Shown here piece after piece: positions 29,461 to 38,352 of a DNA stretch of 64,000 nt. The position numbers and the translations under genes are program-made. The notes under the pieces were generated by a model. The model searched no databases and was not told the DNA's origin. It was given only the letters and a program-made list of their open reading frames with translations. The stretch is from Bacteroidota bacterium (GTDB lineage Bacteria > Bacteroidota > Bacteroidia > Bacteroidales > GCA-2748055). The stretch is taken from contig JBMOLL010000015.1 in NCBI GenBank assembly GCA_049325415.1, positions 14,923 to 78,922 on the forward strand, given 5' to 3'. Each line of letters begins with the position of its first letter. The stretch's first letter is position 1.

Positions 29461-30397
29461 CTGAAATCTTTTTTATCCGGTAAGGCTTTTTATGCTGCGA
29501 TTCGTAATAGGTCCGCATGAGGATCTCTGAAATGATCCCTATCGTAAGGATCTGGATCCCGCCCAGGGTGAGCATAAAACCAAGCAGCAACAGGGGCTTT
29601 CCCCAGATATCGTGACCCAGCAGCTTGAGAATGAAGAAATAGAGATCAATGAGAGCCCCACCTCCAAAGGTGATGATCCCCAGGGTACCAAAAAAATGGA
29701 TCGGCCGGTTCTGGTACCTTTTAAGGAACATGATCAGGAAGAGATCGCTGATGACCTTGAAGGTGCGGTTCATTCCATATTTTGATTTACCGAATTTCCG
29801 GGGATGATGCTGCACAGGTACCTGAACAATGGTAGCTCCCTGCAGCACGGCCAGAACAGGTATAAAACGATGCAGTTCCCCGTAAAGGCCAAGGTTTTTG
29901 GCGATGTCCTGGCGGAAAACCCTCAGGGAACAGCCATAATCCCTCAGTTTGACACCGGTGATCATGCGGATAAAGAAATTGGCAATACGACTCGGTAATT
30001 TGCGGGAGATCGCTGCATCCTGCCGGTCGACCCGTTCACCCGCCACAACATCACAGTCCTTATCGAGCAGGGTCTGAAGCATCATGGGTACGTCGGCAGG
30101 ATCGTTCTGCATGTCGCCGTCAAGTGTAACGACATATTCGCCGGTGGCATAATCAATGCCGGCCGACATGGCCGAACTCTGCCCGTAGTTTGTCACCAGG
30201 TTTATTGCCACCAGCCTTGCATCCGATTTTGAGATCTCTTCCATAACCGACCAGCTTTTGTCCTTACTCCCGTCATTAACAAGCACTATCTCAAACGGAT
30301 AGCCGGTTGGTTCCATGGCCTTTACGATGCTTTCGTAAAGTGCCCTGACGTTCTCTTCCTCATTATATACCGGGATGACAAATGATACTTTCTCCAT
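29438..30397 (-). CDS. GT2-family polyprenyl-phosphate glycosyltransferase (GtrB/ArnC/DPM1-like)
   Basis: The ORF reaches 30598, but the family-typical start is MEKVSFVIPVYNEEENV at 30397. Motifs LVNDGSKD and LDGDMQNDP, plus two C-terminal TM helices. Confidence 0.88.
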   Translation of the reverse strand: MEKVSFVIPVYNEEENVRALYESIVKAMEPTGYPFEIVLVNDGSKDKSWSVMEEISKSDARLVAINLVTNYGQSSAMSAGIDYATGEYVVTLDGDMQNDPADVPMMLQTLLDKDCDVVAGERVDRQDAAISRKLPSRIANFFIRMITGVKLRDYGCSLRVFRQDIAKNLGLYGELHRFIPVLAVLQGATIVQVPVQHHPRKFGKSKYGMNRTFKVISDLFLIMFLKRYQNRPIHFFGTLGIITFGGGALIDLYFFILKLLGHDIWGKPLLLLGFMLTLGGIQILTIGIISEILMRTYYESQHKKPYRIKKISGGEEKAA

Positions 30398-30558
30398 GAT
30401 CCTTTTTTTCAACGGGTTATCAATTAACAGACGAAATAGCCCGTTTGTCTGAATGAAGCCGAAAATTAACCAAATTAGCCCGAAATCCATCCATGGGTAC
30501 AAATATTTCTTTATCGGACAGAAGTTGCCTTGCCTTTTCTCCTGCCGGTGATAATAAC

Positions 30559-30578
30559 TATATTTGAAAATAATTTTG
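30559..30578 (+). promoter_or_regulatory. Two tandem TAnnTTTG -7 boxes (TATATTTG, TAATTTTG) upstream of the 30597 gene
   Basis: Exact consensus matches at 30559-30566 and 30571-30578, 19-31 nt before the ATG. Confidence 0.5.
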
Positions 30579-30596
30579 CACGCGAATGCCGGTTTC

Positions 30597-32888
30597 ATGA
30601 AAAAACGACTATCCCGCCATCATCTGGCCCTGCTGGCCGTAACAGCAACAGCTTTTCTGATCCTCCTGTTTGTTTTTGCAAGGGTAATAAAAGCACCGAA
30701 CCAGTATCTGTACTCGGCACATGGAGATGCCGTGAAGAGTTACTATAATTTTTGTTATTACCTGCGCTACGACTCGGGTATCCGGCATGACGGGGTCAAT
30801 TATCCCTACGGGGACCACCTGCAGTACATGAATTCGCATCCGCTGTATGTACAGCTTATTAAATTCATCGATACACACGTTTACCCGCTGGCCGATCATG
30901 GTGTGGGGGTGCTCAACCTGACCATGATCTTTGCCCTGCTTCTGGCAGTGCCATTCCTTTTCCTGATCCTGCGGAAATTTGCCTTACCACCCCTGTATGC
31001 TTCAATTACCGCACTGATCATCCTGTTCCTGACCCCTCAACTGGATCGTATCGGCGGTCATTTTGAAATGGTCTATGCCTTTTTTATCCCGCTTTACTGG
31101 TACCTGCTGATCCTGTGGCAGGAAGGTAAAAGACGGGGCTTAATGACGGTTCTCCTTCTCCTTACGGCTCTCGCGGGCGGATTCACCAGCGCTTATTATT
31201 CCGCCCTGCTGATGCTGCTTCCCTTTGCCGTCCTGCTGGTGGAGATCTGGAATCACCGTCGCGATCTCAGGTCCTACCTGAAAGAAGGTATTTCATTGTT
31301 GATGATCGCTGTCCTTCCCCTGGTGATGGTGAAAGGCGTCGTTTCCTTCACCGACTGGGCCGGCGACCGTCCCGACAATCCATGGGGTTTCTTTATCTTC
31401 CATTCCAATCTTTTCAGCATCTTCCTCCCACCGCGTTCCATGCTCACCGAGCTGACGAATAACTGGAGTGCCCTGAAATTCCAGTGGGAAGGCAGAGCCT
31501 ATGTCGGACTTCCGGCTACACTCACCGCCATCTCTTTTGTATTCTGGGTCGTTTTGCTGCTTCTGCAAAAGCGAAAACCGGAATGGCGTCAGTTTTTCCC
31601 CGACAGGAAGATGAACACCTACCTGGCCGCCTCCATCCTTGTACTTATTTTTTCCATGGGGATCCCGTTCAACTGGGGACTTGAGTTCCTCACCGACCTG
31701 CTGCCTCCCCTGAAGCAGTTCCGCTGTCTGGGTCGCTTCTCCTGGATCTTTTACTACACCTTTACAGTTTATACGGCCGTGATCCTGTATAAATTTTACC
31801 GCAGGTCGCGCCTGGCCGGCGCCGGGATCGCCGCTACCATTGTAGTGGTATTTGCCCTGTTTTACTGGGGCCTTGAAGCCGGGTCAAATGTAAAAAGGAG
31901 CACGCAACGGATCTTTAACCCGAACGAATTGCTGGAAGCCTCACCCAACAGGATCCTTGCAAGATTCGACAAAGCCGGTGTCGACCCCGGGGAGTTCCAG
32001 GCCATCCTGTTCCTTCCCTATGCCAACACCTGCGGCGACAAGATGATGTTCTCCCGCGGACTGGAAGCCTTCAGCCTGGCCATGGCCTGTAGTTTTCAGA
32101 CCGGTCTGCCGATCGTCGAGAGTTTCTCCCCCCGGCTTTCCTTTTCCCAGGCCATGAGCTCCATCCAGTTGCTCTCCGATCCGGCCATTTACAAGACCCG
32201 CGTCGATGACATGAATGAAAAACCACTGCTGCTTGTCATCCGTGATGAAGAACTGAATGAGCACGAACTCCGGCTGGCCTCAAAGGCAGAGGCCATCTGG
32301 CAGGGCGAGGGTGTGACTTATGCGCGCTTAGCGGTAAGCGCCTTTAACGAGGATCACAGCAAATGGAAGGCCCATTACCTGGCAGTCAGGGATTCCCTGT
32401 CGTGTGCAGGATCCGTCTGCAGCACAAACGCCCCGGAAAACATCATTTACCGGGATTTTGACGATGAATCCACGGTAAACAGCTTCACCGGACCGGGGGC
32501 ACTCTACCTGAAAAAGGGCTCCGTTGAACTGCTGAATGAGGATTTGTCGCCCCGGTTTGGGACCGAGCCCGTGGAAATCTCCTTCTGGCTTTTCCTCGAT
32601 CACCGCACCGACAATATGCCCGAGGCGGAGCTCATCATTACCGATGGTGACGGCAGGCAGGTGGAGCGGCGAAAGATCGAAACGCGCTCGGTTCACGATA
32701 CCGACGGACTATGGGTGAGGATCAGCACGGAACTCACCCCGGTTGCAGGGCAAAACTGCCGGCTGACGCTGAAAGGGAAATACATTACTGTCGATGACCT
32801 CCTGGTAAAGCCAGTGAATTCGGAGGTGCTGATCAGGAAAGGCACGGGCTCTGACCTGTTTAATAATTTCAGGGTTGAAAAAGACTGA
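30597..32888 (+). CDS. Large polytopic membrane protein with ~300-aa C-terminal soluble domain (possible GT-C-like glycosyltransferase)
   Basis: ORF 30564..32888. The probable start is MKKRLSRHHLALLAV at 30597. The N-terminal ~450 aa are multi-TM. It is divergent from the GtrB-like GT2. The family was not identified. Confidence 0.75.
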   Translation: MKKRLSRHHLALLAVTATAFLILLFVFARVIKAPNQYLYSAHGDAVKSYYNFCYYLRYDSGIRHDGVNYPYGDHLQYMNSHPLYVQLIKFIDTHVYPLADHGVGVLNLTMIFALLLAVPFLFLILRKFALPPLYASITALIILFLTPQLDRIGGHFEMVYAFFIPLYWYLLILWQEGKRRGLMTVLLLLTALAGGFTSAYYSALLMLLPFAVLLVEIWNHRRDLRSYLKEGISLLMIAVLPLVMVKGVVSFTDWAGDRPDNPWGFFIFHSNLFSIFLPPRSMLTELTNNWSALKFQWEGRAYVGLPATLTAISFVFWVVLLLLQKRKPEWRQFFPDRKMNTYLAASILVLIFSMGIPFNWGLEFLTDLLPPLKQFRCLGRFSWIFYYTFTVYTAVILYKFYRRSRLAGAGIAATIVVVFALFYWGLEAGSNVKRSTQRIFNPNELLEASPNRILARFDKAGVDPGEFQAILFLPYANTCGDKMMFSRGLEAFSLAMACSFQTGLPIVESFSPRLSFSQAMSSIQLLSDPAIYKTRVDDMNEKPLLLVIRDEELNEHELRLASKAEAIWQGEGVTYARLAVSAFNEDHSKWKAHYLAVRDSLSCAGSVCSTNAPENIIYRDFDDESTVNSFTGPGALYLKKGSVELLNEDLSPRFGTEPVEISFWLFLDHRTDNMPEAELIITDGDGRQVERRKIETRSVHDTDGLWVRISTELTPVAGQNCRLTLKGKYITVDDLLVKPVNSEVLIRKGTGSDLFNNFRVEKD

Positions 32889-32939
32889 TCGGGCACCCTT
32901 GACGGGATCAGACAGGGAAAAAAATCAAACAGGAAGAAC

Positions 32940-33824
32940 GTGAAGAAGTATTTCAACCTTATTATTTACCTCTCCTTTATTTTCCTGCTGGTTTTCCTGA
33001 TCAGGCAGGATTATGTGCGGCCCCGCTTCCGGGAACCGCTTTTTCTCGCGGCATCGCTGGTTTTTCTTTTCGGAGGATTTTTTCTGAGCGCAGTCAGCTG
33101 GCAACAGGCGCTGCGGGTGCACGGTGTTCGGATCCCCCTTAAAACTGCAGTGATATCGCACGGACAGGCCATTTTCTCCAAATATATCCCCGGGAAGATC
33201 TGGGTCATCCTCGGCCGGGCGGGTTACATTTCCGGCGACCGGAAAAGCATGGGCATGAATTCCTTCATTTCCCTGAAGGAGCAAATGGTTTATGTATGGG
33301 ACGGTCTGGTGATCAGTACAGTCCCGACCTTCATCTTCTACGGATTCAAATGGTTCACCCTGATGGTGGCCGGGATAACCCTGGCGCTCACCCTCGTGCT
33401 CTTCTCCGCCCGGATCCATGATCTGACTTTCAGGATCCTGGGAAGGATAATGAAAAAGAAACTGGAGTTCCCGGTCATTCGCTTCCGTGAAGCCCTTCCA
33501 ATGATCCTGTATACTTCCTTAATCTGGCTTTCCTGGTCGGCCGGCTTCCTGCTCTTTTCCTTTTCGCTTTCGGGGGATACAAAAGCTGTCATGGCTTTCT
33601 CCTTTCCCCTGAGCGTCAGCCTGGGCGTCATGGCTCTTATCATGCCGGGCGGACTCGGGGTTCGCGAAAGTGTGATCACCGGTTACCTGATCCTCTGCGG
33701 AATGGGCACAGAAGACGCCGCTACCGTATCGATGATGAGCCGGTTCTGGTTTATGGCCGGTGAAGTCTTCATCTTCATTACCGCACTGATCGTCGGTAAA
33801 CTCCGGAGGAAACAGCCGGAATAA
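32940..33824 (+). CDS. UPF0104 / MprF-flippase-like membrane protein (second copy)
   Basis: 294-aa polytopic ORF with a GTG start and the motif MPGGLGVRE near the C-terminus. Confidence 0.75.
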   Translation: MKKYFNLIIYLSFIFLLVFLIRQDYVRPRFREPLFLAASLVFLFGGFFLSAVSWQQALRVHGVRIPLKTAVISHGQAIFSKYIPGKIWVILGRAGYISGDRKSMGMNSFISLKEQMVYVWDGLVISTVPTFIFYGFKWFTLMVAGITLALTLVLFSARIHDLTFRILGRIMKKKLEFPVIRFREALPMILYTSLIWLSWSAGFLLFSFSLSGDTKAVMAFSFPLSVSLGVMALIMPGGLGVRESVITGYLILCGMGTEDAATVSMMSRFWFMAGEVFIFITALIVGKLRRKQPE

Positions 33825-33913
33825 GCAGAGATTCCCGTTTAAAGGAAACTAAAAACCCGGATCCGGTTTACTTAACCGATATTTTCCAGACAGGCCACTC
33901 CTACTTCCTGCTT

Positions 33914-34015
33914 ATTTATCTTTACATTTTGGTATTTTAATTTCCAATTTACAAGTTTATTTTAATTTATCTTTACATTTTAGCATTTTAATTTCCAATT
34001 TACAAGTTTATTTTT
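33914..34015 (+). repeat. Tandem direct repeat, 2 x 51 bp
   Basis: Copy 1 (33914-33964) and copy 2 (33965-34015) read ATTTATCTTTACATTTT(GG/AG)(T/C)ATTTTAATTTCCAATTTACAAGTTTATTTT. They differ at about 2-3 positions. Confidence 0.9.
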
Positions 34016-34023
34016 TACCTTTG
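34016..34023 (+). promoter_or_regulatory. Candidate -7 promoter box (TACCTTTG) for the AAA+ ATPase gene
   Basis: Exact TAnnTTTG match 18 nt upstream of the ATG at 34041. Confidence 0.45.
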
Positions 34024-34040
34024 TGGGATAATTCCAGGCA

Positions 34041-35234
34041 ATGACACAGATCACAAGGATCAAACAGCAGGAACTTACAAGGCAACTTGGCCGATTCCCG
34101 GTGGTTTGTATCACCGGACCGCGGCAGTGCGGGAAAACCACCCTGGCCAGGATGCTTATTCAGCAACTGGATCGCTCTGCCATTTTCCTTGATATGGAAG
34201 ATGCCAGGAATTACAATACCATGGACTCGGCTCCGCTTTTTTTCGATGATCACCAGGACGAACTCATTGTAATCGACGAAGTCCAGCGCCGCCCGGAGCT
34301 GTTCCCCCAGATCCGCTACAGCGTTGATCAGCACGACCGTCCCGGGCGTTTCCTGCTACTTGGATCTGCTGCCCCGGAATTGATCCGGACTTCCGGTGAA
34401 TCCCTGGCTGGAAGGATCTTCTACATGGAACTTGGCCCGTTCAGCCTGCCCGAATCGGGAAACCTGGTCTCGGATCAGCAGCTCCATTTTTCCGGAGGTT
34501 TTCCCCGGGTGTTGATGAGTACTGACAGTGCATACCGGTCTGACTGGCTTGAACAGTACATCCGCACCTATATTGAAAAAGACCTGCCGTTGCTGGGACT
34601 CAGTGCATCCCCGGTAATCATCAGACGCCTCTGGGAAATGCTGGCCTGGCAGAATGGCAGCCTGTTCAATTCCTCTGAACTGGGTAGGTCGCTCGGGCTC
34701 AATGCCCATACGGTAAACCGTTATATCGGCTACCTTGAAAACGCATACCTGGTCCAGCGGCTGCAGCCCTGGTACCTGAATATCGGAAAAAGGGTCAGTA
34801 AATCGCCAAAGATCTACATCCGGGATACCGGGATCCTGCACAGGCTTCTCCAGCTCAACGATTTTGACCAGTTACTGGGTCATCCGGCGCTGGGGAGTTC
34901 CTGGGAAAGCTTTGTTATTTCGCAGATCGGGTATTCCCTTCCGGCCGGCATGAGCCTGTTTTTTTACCGTACCCTGTCGGGAAATGAAATGGACCTGGTG
35001 ATCTGCGGAGGAAGCAAAGTTCTGGCCACTGCTGAAATCAAATACAGTACCCGGCCCTCGGTATCCCGTGGACAGACAACGGCCATTGCGGATCTTTCCA
35101 GTCCGGTTAACTTTATTATTACCCCTGGAACAGATGATTACAGGATCCGGGAAGACATTACCGTGACCAATACCCGGAATTTTCTGTCAACCTATCTTCC
35201 CCGGCTCCAGGAACTCAGAACTGAAAATAGATAA
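34041..35234 (+). CDS. AAA+ ATPase with DUF4143-type C-terminal domain (COG1373-like)
   Basis: 397-aa ORF with Walker A GPRQCGKTT and Walker B LIVIDEVQ. The C-terminus EMDLVI...TAEIKYS resembles a PD-(D/E)xK motif. Confidence 0.8.
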   Translation: MTQITRIKQQELTRQLGRFPVVCITGPRQCGKTTLARMLIQQLDRSAIFLDMEDARNYNTMDSAPLFFDDHQDELIVIDEVQRRPELFPQIRYSVDQHDRPGRFLLLGSAAPELIRTSGESLAGRIFYMELGPFSLPESGNLVSDQQLHFSGGFPRVLMSTDSAYRSDWLEQYIRTYIEKDLPLLGLSASPVIIRRLWEMLAWQNGSLFNSSELGRSLGLNAHTVNRYIGYLENAYLVQRLQPWYLNIGKRVSKSPKIYIRDTGILHRLLQLNDFDQLLGHPALGSSWESFVISQIGYSLPAGMSLFFYRTLSGNEMDLVICGGSKVLATAEIKYSTRPSVSRGQTTAIADLSSPVNFIITPGTDDYRIREDITVTNTRNFLSTYLPRLQELRTENR

Positions 35235-36729
35235 ATGGCTGCAGGTCGGATGACCACGACTGGTAAATGATAAAGACCACCACGGCGGCGATGACGGCCT
35301 GCAGCCATAAGCTCCGGTGCATGTACCATTTCATCAGTCCGTATTTCCAGCGGTTGGAAACCCAGTGCGTGAAGTAGCCCAGAGCCATGACCAGGAAAAC
35401 CCAGCGGTAACTCCAGATAACATGCGGGATGACCGAACTGTTAAAGGCATGGAGCACCTGATTGATCAGGTCGCGGGCATGCTGCATGGAATCGGAGCGG
35501 AACCAGATCCGCGTAAAGGTGATAAAGTTGAAGGTTAGGAAGATCTTCCAGAGCCTCACTGCCCAGTGCCTGCTGTTTTCGTACGGACTGATCTTCCTCC
35601 ACAACTTGTATACCACCAGCCCGACCCCGTTCAAGCCGCCCCAGATCACAAACTGCCAGCTGGCGCCGTGCCACAGTCCGCCCAGCAGCATCGTGATCAT
35701 CAGGTTGACGTCGGTGCGGATCCTTCCCTTTCGGTTACCGCCAAGGGGGATATAGAGATAATCCTTCAGCCAGGTGGACAGGGAAATGTGCCAGCGTTTC
35801 CAGAAGTTTCCCACACTGGTGGCCTTGTAGGGGGAGTTGAAATTCCTTGGAAGCCGGAAGCCCAGCAGCAGGGCCACACCTGTAGCAATATCGGTGTAAC
35901 CCGAGAAATCGACATATACCTGGAGGGAGTAACCGTAAAGCGCCATCAGATTTTCAAATCCGGAGTAGCCGACAGGGTTGGCAAACACCCGGTCGATGAA
36001 GTTTACGGCAATGAAGTCGCCGATGAGGATCTTCTTGAATAATCCCTTTAAGATCATGTATATGGCATAGCCAAATTCCTCCCTGGTGAGATGGTATCTT
36101 TTGTACAGCTGGGGTACAAACTCGGAAGCCCTTACAATCGGGCCGGCGACAAGTTGTGGGAAAAACGATACATAAAATCCAAAATCAAGCAGGTGCTTCA
36201 CGGGTTCGACCTTCCCCCGGTAGATATCGACGGTATAGGAAATGGTCTGGAAGGTATAAAAGGAGATCCCCACGGGCAGCAGGATCGCTGAGATATCAAA
36301 ATGGGTGCCGGTAAGTGCATTGGACCACTCCGCCAGGAAGTTTACCACCTGCAGGTCGAGATGGAACAGACGGTTCAGGGTATCCACGAACAGGTAGGTA
36401 TACTTGAAGTAGGAAAGGATCAGGAGGTTAATGGCCACACTGGCCACCATTCCGGCTTTTTTCCAGGCCCGGCGCCGGGCCCTGTAGATCAGGTTTCCAA
36501 GGTAGTAGTCGGATACGGTCGAAAAGATCAGCAGGAAGAAAAAGAAGCCCGAGGTTTTCCAGTAGAAAAACAGGCTGGCGGCAAAGAGAAAGACATTCCG
36601 GGCGGCACGCTGCTTATAGATCAGGGAAAAGATCAGCAGTACGACGGCATAAAAGATCCAGAAATAGAGCTGGGTAAAGATAAGCGGCTTATCCGGGTTA
36701 AAGAGGAATATGTCGCGCAGTGAGAGCAT
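35215..36729 (-). CDS. MBOAT-family membrane O-acyltransferase (second copy)
   Basis: 504-aa polytopic ORF with FWKRWHISLSTWLKDYLYIPLGG and GGLWHGASW. Confidence 0.9.
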   Translation of the reverse strand: MLSLRDIFLFNPDKPLIFTQLYFWIFYAVVLLIFSLIYKQRAARNVFLFAASLFFYWKTSGFFFFLLIFSTVSDYYLGNLIYRARRRAWKKAGMVASVAINLLILSYFKYTYLFVDTLNRLFHLDLQVVNFLAEWSNALTGTHFDISAILLPVGISFYTFQTISYTVDIYRGKVEPVKHLLDFGFYVSFFPQLVAGPIVRASEFVPQLYKRYHLTREEFGYAIYMILKGLFKKILIGDFIAVNFIDRVFANPVGYSGFENLMALYGYSLQVYVDFSGYTDIATGVALLLGFRLPRNFNSPYKATSVGNFWKRWHISLSTWLKDYLYIPLGGNRKGRIRTDVNLMITMLLGGLWHGASWQFVIWGGLNGVGLVVYKLWRKISPYENSRHWAVRLWKIFLTFNFITFTRIWFRSDSMQHARDLINQVLHAFNSSVIPHVIWSYRWVFLVMALGYFTHWVSNRWKYGLMKWYMHRSLWLQAVIAAVVVFIIYQSWSSDLQPFIYFQF

Positions 36730-36795
36730 GCAGTCCAGTCAGACGGGTTGTTAGTTTACAATGATAACGATTAGCCCAGAAATATCCATCACAGT

Positions 36796-38256
36796 TCAGT
36801 CATTTCTGCTCTCCTGGACCAGATAACGCCGGTAATCCTCCATCAGGGCATTGTAGAACATCTCCGACATCAGGTTGGCCCCTCTCGGAGTAAAATGCAC
36901 GTAGTCGGAAATGGCCAGCGGCGGGTCGGCCTGGACAAACGAAGGCATGGAATTCTTCCCACCCATGGCCTCATACATATCCCAGAAGGCGCAACCATTC
37001 TCCAGTGCTGCATCCCTCAGGGCATTCCTGACGGGCTCAACCATGGCATTGGTGATGTATTTTCCGTCTTCCTTCACCGACATATCACCCGGTCCGATGA
37101 CAATGAACGGAACATCGGGGCACAGCCGGCGCAGATAGCGCAGTTCTCTCCTGAAAGCTCGCTTATAAAAGCCGGGATCCTTGATATAGGGAATGACATT
37201 GCCTCCAAACTGAAGGATCATCAGTTTCACCTTCATATCCCGGTACATATTTTTTAGAAGGGAGGAATCCATCCGGCTGAAAATGAGCCCCGAACTGCCT
37301 CGCATGGCAATATTATCGACAATCACGCCTTTCCTGGACTCAAAGGAAAGACCGTAAACCCTTCCCCCACCGGGCAGGGAAAGTCCCACCTGCAACCTGT
37401 CGGCTTTTTCGGGAGGGCTATAGCTGAGTATCTGGAAGCCTCCCCCGTTGACGGCCAGGGTATCGCGAATGGTGTCGTTGACACTGAAGGCTACAGCAGA
37501 AGAATCGGCGTAGGAATGGATGTACATCTTAACCCGGTCGAAACGGGAGGCCCGCCTGCCCGGCAGGAAATCAAAGGTGAGTGTCGACCAGTCGCCCGTT
37601 CCATGGTCGGGCAGGGCAGCAAAGGCTCCCATGGCACCGTAGGAATTATGGTGAACGGAACTGTCGCGCTTGCCGAAGATGGTGAAGCGCTCCCACTCCC
37701 CGCTCCAGGTTTCGGCATAGGCAGGGTTGCCGGAATAAAGCGGGATAGCCGAGACAATGCCGCAGCCGTATCCCCCGAAAACCTTTTGAAAATTCTGCCG
37801 GATCAGCGAAGTCATCCGGTCGTTCTCAATCTGGGAATCGCCGTAGTGAACGATCCGCAGACTGCCCTCCCCCCTGGCAATCCGGTCGAGCTGCAGGTAA
37901 AACGGGAAAAGGAGGTTGGATTTGCGGTCGGGGAAAAGGATCGGGCAGGTCTTTTTCCGGATACTGTCGGAAGAAACCGCCAGCACCTCCACCGGATCGA
38001 CGGTCCGGAGGGTGTCGGTGATTTCCGCTTCGGGTTCTGTGGGAATTTCAGGGATCGCATCTTCCGAGTAATCGATGACGATCTGGCTGATATCGGCATA
38101 AAGCAGGGTATCCCGGCCCAGGATCTGCTCCGGCGTTGTGAACCTGAGCCGGATATCCCCCGAGATCTGTATGCCGTCTTTCGGAAAGAGTGCGGCAACA
38201 GTCAGGAGAAGGAGAAATACTCCGGCAAAAAATATCAGAATGCGGACGGGCTTCAT
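36796..38256 (-). CDS. Membrane-anchored SGNH/GDSL-family hydrolase or acyltransferase
   Basis: 486-aa ORF with an N-terminal TM. Block I is VHYGDSQ, block III is QFGGNV and block V is DYVHFTPRG. Confidence 0.75.
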   Translation of the reverse strand: MKPVRILIFFAGVFLLLLTVAALFPKDGIQISGDIRLRFTTPEQILGRDTLLYADISQIVIDYSEDAIPEIPTEPEAEITDTLRTVDPVEVLAVSSDSIRKKTCPILFPDRKSNLLFPFYLQLDRIARGEGSLRIVHYGDSQIENDRMTSLIRQNFQKVFGGYGCGIVSAIPLYSGNPAYAETWSGEWERFTIFGKRDSSVHHNSYGAMGAFAALPDHGTGDWSTLTFDFLPGRRASRFDRVKMYIHSYADSSAVAFSVNDTIRDTLAVNGGGFQILSYSPPEKADRLQVGLSLPGGGRVYGLSFESRKGVIVDNIAMRGSSGLIFSRMDSSLLKNMYRDMKVKLMILQFGGNVIPYIKDPGFYKRAFRRELRYLRRLCPDVPFIVIGPGDMSVKEDGKYITNAMVEPVRNALRDAALENGCAFWDMYEAMGGKNSMPSFVQADPPLAISDYVHFTPRGANLMSEMFYNALMEDYRRYLVQESRND

Positions 38257-38352
38257 GGTCCTGTTTAATTCATTTTACAGAAGCGTAAACCAGTTACCTC
38301 CGTTTACTTCAGTTTCCACCCGGTTCAGCCCGGTCGGACCGGGCATCCAGCC

